Positions 53,256-64,000 of a DNA stretch of 64,000 nt are shown here, piece after piece (position 1 is the first letter of the stretch; every line of letters starts with the position of its first letter). The DNA comes from Convolutriloba macropyga (taxonomy: Eukaryota), in assembly GCF_964194025.1 (NCBI RefSeq), contig NC_134470.1, forward strand, positions 65,224,001 to 65,288,000, in the 5' to 3' direction. The position numbers were made by a program, and so were the translations under genes. The notes beneath the pieces are model-generated. The model was not told the DNA's origin. It made no database searches and saw only the letters and a program-made list of their open reading frames with translations.

Positions 53256-55100
53256 TACGAGCGCTATAATAGCCAGCTGAGAAGATGAGGGCGGCTATTA
53301 ATAATGATTTCCTAATAGCATTTTTTAACTACTATTTTGAAGTTCGGCTTCAAAAAAGTGGCCAGATTAGCAAATAGAAGTTATGAAATGCACTGTACAT
53401 AAATTGAGTTTTCTTATTCCAATCTGCCATTTCTATGAAGCAAGCAAGTCGCTTCCGCTACTTTTTAAAATCGCAATAATTAAATTTGACTTTTTATGTA
53501 TTTCAAACATTTCGACCAAAATCAAGCTAATTAACGATCAGTTACTTCAAATAAATTTCAGTAATTTCAGATCAATGTGTCTCAAATTTGCAAACATAGC
53601 AACTATTAACTCGCTCAAGCAGTTTATTTTCTCATGCTTATTTTTATGCTGCTACTGGAGCTTCAACACTGGGTTTCACAGTTCAAGCTTATAAAACTTT
53701 AAAAGAAACAATTATTTAAGATTGAACAATTCAGTTTCTGTCCTATAACGGATTATGGTTTCCTGTTTGCCATTATATTCAAATAAAGTTGGTACCTAAA
53801 AATTGAAGGTGTTGTCAATAGAGACTCCGAAAAAATTATTGAGACTAACTTAAGGCTTTTTTACAGCTACTAATTGGAACAGTTTTTCCTCTCAAACACC
53901 ACCGAAGAGAGCACATTTGAAAAACTTGAGAGCTACTAACGCCTAAAGTGCCAGCACGCTGTCAAGAGCAATCAGCAGCAGCGAAAATGTGAATTAGAAT
54001 ATACAACAGATTTTCACTCACTGTTTAACCCATTATTGGCGTAAACCTATTTTAATTTTCGGAGTTCACAATGTGTGTGTGAAAAAGAGCGCGTAGGCCT
54101 GAAATATTCTTGCCAGAGAATCAAATGCATGCATTTGCAAGTTTTTCGTTTCATCGATCATTAAGATCAAAACTATGTCAAAAACGTTCAAATGCTTTAG
54201 CCTCAAAAATTTTCTCAATAATTCCTCAGAACTTCCTCAATAATTCTAAATTCAAGTGAAAATCACAATACAAGTGCTGATAAGTCGACTTTTTTGTATA
54301 ATTAGTAAGTTTAAATTGAGAAAGATTGTGAGCATATTAATTTTATTTCCTACATTAATTAGCACTGCTCAAAAATTATTTTTGAGCAGCGCAAAAATTA
54401 TTTACTGCTCAAGCGCAATCATTTTATTGTAAACCAACATAAGTTAATTTTTGCATTGACAAAAATAGAAAGCTCAGCACAGACATGACTCACCATAATG
54501 CGATTTAGAACCTGTAAAAGGATGTCAAAAATTCACAGAAGCCCATTTTTAATTTGAGAAATATTATAGAAACAGCACGCATAATAGAAAATACACACAT
54601 GTTAAATGTTGTGAACAGCTTCATATCGAAATCAGCTGTTTTTTTAGAATGATGAGGGGATTGGTCGAAGAAGAATAGGTGCAAGCTATGTAAAGCACAA
54701 CAGTTCCCAGAGATCTGAGAAATGAGAGCGAGGGAGAGAAAATTAGGAGTTGAAATTTCCAAAATTATGAAACTACAGCAGCTTCGGTGAACCTAACGAT
54801 TGGAGCCTAATACTGCTCTAAGGGTGATACTCATTTTATTAACTGCATAAAATGGTTTCTCTACAAATGAATTTTTTTAGCCTTTGCAGAAAATATTTAT
54901 ATTTAGTCTGTTGTAATTTTATATAAAGGGTTTTATACGATTTATATAGGGTTGAAAAATTGTGCTATAACGGATCACCGATTCCCATCTTATTCTCAAC
55001 CTTCTTATTTGAACTTGTTTGAAATCATCAAAACGCACCATACCCGCGGGCAAAAAAAGTTCACCTATAGCGTATGTTTTATTTGGATTAGTGATCTGAC

Positions 55101-55262
55101 CTGCATGACAGACGAGGAGCGACTTATGCTGTCGAGGGAAGGTGTACGTGGAGGTAGAGAGAGTTCCTTGATGTAGAGCACGAGCTGTTCCAGGAATAGG
55201 ATCAGGAAAAAGCCCACACAGGCCGTGAACTCCGCAAACGGGAAGTCTATATCCAAGCCAGC
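55101..55262 (-). CDS. ZIP zinc transporter exon 3 (TM3)
   Basis: ctgcag acceptor, GTCAGA donor, phase 0/0. Encodes FPFAEFTACVGFFLILFLEQ. Confidence 0.92.
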
Positions 55263-55755
55263 CTGCAGGAATAATTTCATTTATGTTGTTGGTTTGATTA
55301 AATCAATTGTGTATCAGTGAACAATTGTGTATTTGTTATCAAGATTTTCCACCACGTAATCGCAATTTGCTTGCTCAAAACCTGACCGTTCCAGTGTCAA
55401 ATCTTCTCTTATCTCGAAATTCAATTCTACTAGGCAAAAGGCATTTCAATCCAATCAAATTTCATTGCCGTTTCGAATTCCTATTTTGTTGATCAAGAGT
55501 AGGAACGGTCAGAGAAATCTTAATTGCACGTCTCGCTTCACCATTTTTGAGGACGTAAAGTCAAATGGCCAGATGAAAAAGATGGGTAGCTCAAAAAATT
55601 GCTCTAAAACACCAACAGGACTAATATAATTGCTTCAAACTTCGTTTTGAGAGCAACTTATTACTGCGAATTTGAAGGAGGGCTGGGTGCTCATTGAAAA
55701 AAAAGTTCAAAAGCAATACAGTGGAAAATAAACAGCGGAATCTTATGATACTTAC

Positions 55756-55897
55756 TTGTTCAAAGAACTCTTCGAAGTCTTCAGTGACATCGACTAGAAG
55801 ATCCAACAGACACGTGGCTAAGAAGACTCCTCCTCCAAAAGTACCCGCGAGAGACACAAACAACTTCCTGTTCTTCTTTGACACGTGATAGAATTTT
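55756..55897 (-). CDS. ZIP zinc transporter exon 2 (TM2)
   Basis: ttttgcag acceptor, GTAAGT donor. Encodes FGGGVFLATCLLDLL, as in ZIP1/ZIP3. Confidence 0.92.
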
Positions 55898-58800
55898 CTG
55901 CAAAATAAAAAATCGCTGTTACATTTTATCTTTGCCTGCGTGTTTCCCCAAGCCTTCCGACATTGAGATGAAAGCCAACATAAAGCCATACCTCGAGGAA
56001 CTCTTGTCTATAAAGAAAAACATACAAAGTTATGCAAATTTCTGAAAATGAAAAACTATGCAAATTTGAATAGTATTTTCAATTTTCAGAAACAAAACTG
56101 CTCAACACAATGCGGGAGTTCTGAGAGATCCATGATATTGTTTCATCTTCACAGTTAAAGTTGCAATATGCGATTTCAAATGATGTAGTAAAGAACTAAC
56201 TTTGGCAATTTTGATCTACCTTGGTGCTGAAAAAAGTATTTGCGTGTTTTATTTTTCTCTCAAATTCTAAATTTCTGACATTTTCCTTTAAGTTTCTAGA
56301 CGTCCCTTCATTTCAAAAAATCAGCTCGTTTCTAAAGAAACAAATGAAGTGAAATATGATGTCCTGCCTTTCTAAATGCAAGACATGGTCATGAAAAAAG
56401 ATGGCCAGTAAAAAAACAGCACGAGCAAACTAAATCTTCATCTCTCTGAAGCAGTGAAAATAAAATTTTTATCGAAATCAACACAGTGACGTCAAATAAA
56501 CGATCTCAAATGAAAGTTGGTATCACCCTAAAATCCAAACAGCACTAGTTTAAAAAAAAACAAGATTGAAAAGTGATATCTCAGCGCACCAACTTGTAAA
56601 TGTCACTAAATTTTTCCCAATTGTGGCAAAAAATATTCAATCTCCAATCTTTCTTGCACTCTGCCCCAGTATAATTAGTAGAATTTCAGTAACGCTTTGG
56701 CAGCTTTACTGAAAACATTTATTGCTTAATTGCCACCACTTCAGAGAAGCTGATCCAAATCTGAGTAAAAAAAATGACCACTATTCACGGCAATGCTTCT
56801 CATATAAGGTGTAGTGTAATCCAGAAAACGCGTTGCACCAGTGCACTGACGGAAAATCTTGTCTCTTTATATCGCCATTTCATCTGAACGCTGAAGTGTC
56901 GCGCGGTTCAGCTGATTCTATTGGGAATTTTCTGCTGATTCTATCTCAAATATCTCAAGCATTGAAAAATTCAATTTTATTACAAAATTTTAAAATTCGA
57001 CAAAATCACAAGTCTGGATATTTTCCGAGGAATTCTCCAGATAGCAGATCCCAGATTTTAAAAAACCCTATTTGTATTCTTTTATTGAAAGTTTTTGAAG
57101 GCATCACAGGCTAAAAAACTTGGAATCTTGGTAAAAAAAACTCTGCGTCGATAATTCAAATTGATACAAAACATCAAGTTTTTCTGCTTTAGGACGTTAG
57201 GGTGACAATTGTTCTTCGCCTCAATTAACTTTGGCAAATTCTTAGCTCGTTCACTATTTTGTTCCACTTTCCAACCTGAGGATTTTTTGCTCATCTTTCT
57301 AGTTTCTCATATTTTTTCTCTTTTTTCAAATATAAAGTTAAAAGCAACTGTATTTTGTTGTCATAATAACAATAACCGCAATAACTTCGTAGAACTGCAG
57401 TCTAAAAAAGAAAGTAAAAAAACAGACCAAAAAGAAACTATTCTTTTCATTAAGGGCTGAGATTTTAGATTTTTTATTAAGAATCTGTATAACTTACGCA
57501 ATTCAGTTGAAAAAGCATGGATGAATGAACAAAAAGCAGATTTGAAGTGATTGTCATGTCATATAGTCATAACGAAAATCTTGACAAAATTTAAGAAAAA
57601 CCAAGAGAAGGCCTCAGCTATTGCTTCTCGGCTATTAAAAACAAACAAATTATAAATCAATTACAAAAGATCTCAATTCGTTGCCAGATTGATAATAAAA
57701 CTCTTCTTGGCAAAAAAAAGATACATATAAATTCGGAAGTGTAATGTTGCCTGAAAATACTGATTTGATTAGCAACTCAGCCAATTCCACGCTAGTGAAA
57801 ACTAATGTCACGCACTTTCAGTAATATTCCAGTTGGACGTGTTCTATGCATTAAAAAATGTTTCCTGATTTTTCGCTGCTTATCTTGCTTTTTGTTATAG
57901 TAATTCAAAGTCACCTAGCTTTCTCCAACGGTCATTAAAATCTGAATTGGTTAACGGCTCATTATTGGGGCTCTTCTAACTAATTCAAATCAAAGTGTCA
58001 ATTTAAAAAAAAGTTAGTACATTATTGCAGAACTAAAAAAGTTTTGTCATTTTTTGTTGTTGTACTTTTTGGGGGCAGCATAGTTTTCCCAAAAATTTTG
58101 TTTGCGTTAATATGTTGATTTTGACAGCACCTATTTGGTTTTGAGCACGTCAGTTTCCAGAAAATCAGCAGTTCTTCGATAACTTCTTGCCATTTTTTTT
58201 TAATTTTGAATTTTCTATTGTTGTTTGAGCTATCTCTTTATCTCCTACGACCAATCCGTTTTATGATAATTTTCGAGATAATTGTTCTGTATTTATTAAC
58301 TATACATAATGTTTTGAAGCAAAAAATCAAGAAGCCTGCTGTTTGTGTCTTGTTCTTCAAGTCTTACTCATTATTCTTGTCAATTTCATACGTTATGAGC
58401 TCAAGAGGTCAAAAAATTTATAAGCTAGGGGCTCCCTCTATGCAGATTTCTATAGCACAAATTTTGACACCGACAAGACCTTGACACCACCAAGATCTAT
58501 CGAATATTCGGTATTTTTCGAACATGAATTTTATTCTACGATTTAATTTTTTCACTGCCTATGCTGACTTCCTTTATGTTAAATCAGAAATTTTCGTTTT
58601 TGCATTACTTTATATTTTAAAATGTAAATTTATTTTCCTGAGGATTTGTTGAACTGTTTTTGTCTGTTTAACTGATTATGTTCAAACGGCCTGCCAGTTA
58701 GGTAAAGCAAATATTACTTTTTCTTCAATCCTTGAAATCTATTTCAGGTTTTGTCGTGTTGTTTTTTCATTGAAACTCAATAATTCAAAGCCTTGTGGGC

Positions 58801-59589
58801 GGTGTTCACTTTTGAGACTCAATTTTTTCGATTTTTTTGTAGTCAATGATAAATAAAATGATTATAGGAATATAGTGTCTAGCAAGTAATTCGAGGCAGC
58901 AGATTCTTTCAAACTGCCTTTGAAGCGCAACAAAATGCTGTTTGAAAAGATTTTCAGTTTTTGAAAAACAAACATTATATGAGCCAAAAATACTCTTAAT
59001 TTTGCTGTTCTTCCCTTAATTTTCCAAACCAATGTCTTCAAATTGTCACACATTCGTTTTATTTATGCACAGTTGTATCTTTTGAATTAAAAAAGAGCAG
59101 CAGTAATTTATTTGAATCACAGACATTGTCTTCTTTATTTAAATATCAGTTATTTTTAAATTTTACCCGTTTGGCAATCTTGTTATTCGCCTATTTCCTA
59201 ATCGAATTGATGGCTAGTCTACCTGGCTCTTTGATACAAGGCAATGAAAGCTTTTTATTTCGATTGAATTCTAAACGCTTTCCTTAACTACTTTTTCACA
59301 GAAGATTTTCATAAACATTAGTGATCTTATTAATTCTGCCCCGCTTTTTAATTATTTTTGTTGTCCTGTCCTTGAGTCTCATTAATAGCAGTGATCACTA
59401 GTTCTCATATGCGGCTTTGTTGGAGTTGTTTACTGATTACAGTTAATATGGAACGACTTTTTAATTTAGATTCTTTCCAACAAAAATGAGTGACTTTTTG
59501 AGTTTCACACCTTGTTTGTTGGGAGAGCAATCAGTTAGTCTGGTTAATATCGGTTTCTCACAGCTCTCTAATAATGTGCCATAGACACA

Positions 59590-62320
59590 TTTTATCAATT
59601 TCATTTGTTCTCGAAATTTGCTAACAACTTTGTCACACTTTGTTTTCAAAAAATTTTAGTAATTTCTGTAGTTCTTTTTGTCATCATGTCACTTAGCCTC
59701 AATAATGGTTTCTGCCCCAAAAAAATCAATTTAGAGTTTTGTATGCACAGGTCATTTTTTACTTCTTTTATAAATCCACTCTCACTTGAGAATTAGAATG
59801 TAATCCAAATTAAATAGAGGCCACTCAAGTTTTTTTTAAATGTTGCTAGTTTAGACATTACTGTTTTTAAAAAAGTTTGATAACGGATAGACATTGATTC
59901 CAAAATCTCAATTTTTGTCGGGCAATATGAATTGTTATTTCATAACTCTTTGTTCTAATTGACAAAATTGCATCAGAGTTGAATTCATGCCTGTCGTTCC
60001 GTTTCCACTAATGCTCACTCTAATGAAACAAAGAAGTTCGATTGCACTTGTCATATATTAACACTTTTTTGTGCACATCTATTCTTTTTGAATAATCTGT
60101 CAAAATGAATACAACAAAATTTTAACTACTTTATTTTCTATTTGTAACCTTTAATTTGAACTTTTAATTCGTAACTTTTAATTCGTAGAGCCTATTTGTA
60201 ACTTTTAATTTGCTGCGTGGGTATCAATATTTGATATAGTTTTTGTGAATGGCGTAAATCTATTATTATAAGTAAAACTCAACTCTCTGAATCTGAAATC
60301 TAACGCGCCCTAATATAGTAAAAAAAAAATAAGCCGAAAAATTTTTAAGCTCTATGAATGCATAAATGCTGAAAACAATTCAACTGTTGAACAGAAGCTC
60401 GGCTCGGCCAATGCAATTATGAGGAGAGATTTAAATTTCTTGCTCTTTGGTTCAAGCAGAACAAAAAAACTTCTTTTAAAATTGCCATTTGACGTTCTAG
60501 AAACGCAATGTCTAAAAGATGCAGTTTTTTTGGCAAAGCTCCTATAATTATTTTTGTCAATGCATCAACAAAAAATGACTCATCCAAGTGCGTTTAACCG
60601 CCAACTTACAGAAAAGCTCACTGTTTCTACCCATGCACTGTATGATAACTTACACTTTTCTCAAATTAAAAACATAGCTGGCAGATTGCCAGAAAATATC
60701 CGCAATAGCTTCGTAGATCTGCAGTCTCTAAAACACAGTAAAAGAGACAGACCAAAAAATTCGCCATTTCATTGAAGGTTGATATGTTATATTTTGATTA
60801 AAAATCTGTATAAGTTTTTCCTGCCTCTATTAGCTGCTCTCAAATAACCTTCATTTAGAGCGACACACACCCATTTGACTTTATCTCTTTGAATTAAAGT
60901 AAATAAAAGTTAATTTCAAAATTGCACTGTATGATAACTTACACTTTTCTCAAATTAAAAACATAGCTGGCAGATTGCCAGAAAATAGCCGCAATAGCTT
61001 CGTAGATCTGCAGTCTCTAAAACACAGTAAAAGAGACAGACCAAAAAATTCGCCATTTCATTGAAGGTTGATATGTTATATTTTGATTAAAAATCTGTAT
61101 AAGTTTTTCCTGCCTCTATTAGCTGCTCTCAAATAACCTTCATTTAGAGCGACACACACCCATTTGACTTTATCTCTTTGAATTAAAGTAAATAAAAGTT
61201 AATTTCAAAGTGAGGGAGTCATTTTTAAGAGTGAGGTAAGTCAAGTGTGACCAAAAATTTAATCACACGAATGAACGAAAAACTCGCTCCACTAAGAGCG
61301 AAAAATGACGTCACACACAAACTTCAGTTGAAATTGCATGAACGAATGAACAAAAAGCAGATTTGAAGTGGTTGTGACGTCATATGATCGTAACAAAAAT
61401 CGCGACGAAATAAAAAAAATAGCAGGACAAGTCCTGACGTACAACTCAAAGAATTTTCATTGACTAAACAGAAAACTAGACCTAGAACGGACTATGAATG
61501 GCTTGGGAAAACCATTTAAAAAAATCCGATCCGAAAAATCGAAAAAACAGTAAACATCAAAGTGAATTTGCCGCAATCAAAAATCAATTTAGAGTTTTTT
61601 GTACTCAGGCCAATTTTACTTCTTTTAAATCTAGTTTCGCTTTTTAATCTATATCAAGAACTAGAAAGTAATCCAATTTAAATAGGTGCCATAAGTTAAA
61701 AAGGTGCCATATACTCTTCTTATTAATTTCATTTGTTCTCGAAATGTTTGAACAACTTTGTCACACCTTGTTTTCAAAATATTTTAGTAGATTCTGTAGT
61801 TCTTTTTATCATCTGGAGTTTTTGTGTGCACAGGTCAATTTTACTTCTTTCTATAAAATTTGCTTTCATTTATTAATCTATATTGAGAATTAGAATGTAA
61901 TCCAAATTAAATAGAGGCCACTCAATTTTTTTAATGTTCATTTATAGACATTGTTTTCTGAAACATGAGATAGATGTTGAATTCGAAATCTCAAAAAAAT
62001 GAATAGACCGAAAGCTCTATGACTGCACAAATGGTATAAATAATTCAACTGTTGAGCAAAAGCTCAGCTCTCCCCCACGAATGCAGTTATGAGAAGAGTT
62101 AAATTACTTGCTCTTTGGTTCAGAAAGAACAATAAAATTTTCTAAAATTGCCAATTGACGTTTTAGAAACACACATGAACCTTTTACAAAAAATGGTTCT
62201 AGGCAAACCTGCTAAAATTATTTTTGCCAATGCATAACAAAAAATGACTCTGCCTTTAATCGCAAACTTACAGAATTACGCAATTTTTCTGTCCATGTAC
62301 TATATGATAACTTACACGTT
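59590..62320. repeat. Mosaic of duplicated repeat blocks in ZIP intron 1
   Basis: ~59590-59900 resembles ~61720-61990. ~60345-60660 resembles ~62010-62320. ~61420-61570 resembles ~49270-49420. Confidence 0.8.
60634..61209. repeat. Near-perfect 287-bp tandem duplication (period 289)
   Basis: 60634-60920 versus 60923-61209. I saw one mismatch (aaaatatccg vs aaaatagccg). Confidence 0.95.
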
Positions 62321-62446
62321 GCTTGAAACGAAAAACAAACTTTCCAAAAACTGAGATATTCAAAATTCTTACCACTCAACTATTCTAATTAACTTTTGGA
62401 ATTAAAGGGTGTGAAAATTATGTTGTTCCTCATATCAATTGGTTAC

Positions 62447-62586
62447 CTGGTGTCTCTAATGTATTCTCTGTATGGTTGCCCGGGCTGTCTCTTAGGAGGT
62501 ATTATGATACGTGGAATGAACCCAAACAGAAGACAGTCAGCTAACAACCCAAACAGACAGATCACTTTGGCACCGGTAGCATTCAT
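62447..62586 (-). CDS. ZIP (SLC39 subfamily II) zinc transporter exon 1 (TM1)
   Basis: Encodes MNATGAKVICLFGLLADCLLFGFIP... Donor AG|GTAACC in phase 2 matches the next exon. Confidence 0.8.
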
Positions 62587-64000
62587 ACTTCTCCTTCTAA
62601 TCCTCACAGTACTTGGAAATGATCAGCAGCTTTCATCAATTGGTCCTTAGTTATCACAAATATATCAATTTCATATAAAACAACGAATCAATATAATTCT
62701 TATAAAAAACAATAATTATCAGCCGTGTATTTTAACTTGAGGTAAGAACTTGGTTCAGCGTGCGATATTTTGACTACCGTCAAGAAAAGAGAAGCAATCG
62801 TAAAAATGTTAGCTTTTCTAGCTTTTGAATCAAAGCGAACAGAAAGTGCAAATTCGAGTCGTGTTTATAGTAAAGCGAACTACAGCCCAATGAAATGAGA
62901 TTGTTCCGATGTTTCCTGTCAACAAATGCAAGAAATGTTGCTTTGCAAACACCTGTTGAATGGTGCTTTTCTTTAGAATGGATAGTTTGTTTCGATTCTC
63001 TTCTTTATTTGGCAACAGGTTGCTCTAGTGGTGCCATTGACTACACACGGTCAATTCACTGTTAGTTCTGGATGTAGATAAATTCATGGCTCAAAGCAAA
63101 CATCCAAACTATCTTCAACATTCGGTTCAGACTCTCCGAAGCATGCACCATCGTCATATCAAAACCACCCAACGCAAACTGCTATGCAGAATACAACTGT
63201 AGACTACACTAAAGACGTCAGTATATAACTTGATTACCATAATCACATAGTTAACATCACTGTAATGGTAACAATGTCAAACTGCACTCCTTCAGTCGAG
63301 TATATTCAGACACTAACTCAAACTCAATGCAAAAGCAATGAAGGTCTTTGAGAATAATTTATAAATAGTTGAGAGTAATTACAAAGTATCTTAAGCAAGA
63401 ATGGTACACAGTTGTGGTATCCAACGCCCTAATATGAAGATATAATTGTACCTACCAACTGTGCTAACAATTAATGATGTCGATGGTTATAATCCAACAA
63501 GCATTCATAGGACTGATTAACTGGGCTTGAACAAAACAAATTCAAAGCGCAACAAGTTAAGCAACTTTTGTGGCCAAATCAGATTCTTATCCACTATCGT
63601 TTCAACTCAAATACTTGATCGGATCTATTTGATATGGCTCGCATATAATGTGGTAATCTAATTATGACTGCTGTTTAGTATGTAATTCGAAACGATTCCT
63701 TGGCACGATTGGTTAAATGATGATCAATTCATCGCTTCTCTCACCACTCGCACCCACTACTCTCTCCTCTCTCCTGCTCCCCCCAATTGTGGTCTAATTT
63801 TTCACATTGATCTGAAACCTAATTGGATAACGCCCTCTTGCTCAGCTAAGCAGACAGTCTAATGCCAATCGTGACTGCCGTTACAGTATTGATCAAGTAA
63901 ACACGTTCACAACTTAAACAAATACCTTGACTTCATGAGTTTATTTTAAGGCGACAATTTGTGAATACAAACCTTAATCTCGCTAGTTTCTCACCTTGAG

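Noticed and set aside
54365-54389. Hairpin CTGCTCAAAAA-TTA-TTTTTGAGCAG as a terminator or ncRNA
   Set aside because: A short intronic inverted repeat in a eukaryote, with no supporting context.
32559-62586. Functional metal-homeostasis cluster (Zn-dependent PAL, Fe-inserting FECH, ZIP)
   Set aside because: The genes act in different compartments and pathways, differ in orientation and are kilobases apart. Nothing in the sequence indicates co-regulation; conserved synteny would be needed.
577-63015. Numerous 60-130 aa ORFs in the track
   Set aside because: They are F/L/K/I-biased products of AT-rich repeats, or antisense and alternate-frame shadows of real exons, and have no recognisable domains.

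Overview
AT-rich, repeat-dense eukaryotic (invertebrate animal-type) genomic DNA with spliced genes. Most of the ORF track is noise. I assembled four GT-AG spliced genes by hand with consistent exon phases. (1) The 5' part of aspartylglucosaminidase (AGA), minus strand, exons 11764-11689, 9377-9241 and 7047-6961; the rest probably lies left of the window. (2) A peptide-amidation PAL gene, plus strand, with two candidate signal-peptide first exons (17882-17995 or 22526-22675), then 27230-27441, 31337-31526 and 32559-33620. (3) Ferrochelatase, minus strand, exons 40152-39175 and 38803-38621, 386 aa. (4) A ZIP1/2/3-type zinc transporter, minus strand, 5 exons from 62586 to 46632, 367 aa. The most notable observation is the PAL architecture: an intact lyase domain preceded by what reads as a copper-ligand-less N-terminal half of a PHM monooxygenase. 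The four structural Cys are kept, the His-His and His ligands are lost, the CuM half is absent and there is no C-terminal TM. A MITE with a 6-bp TSD directly abuts one of the two alternative start codons. Introns and intergenic DNA hold several MITE families, a 1.1-kb TIR element with a palindromic ~31-bp array, and tandem and dispersed repeats. All homology calls rest on motif recognition from memory, not on database searches.
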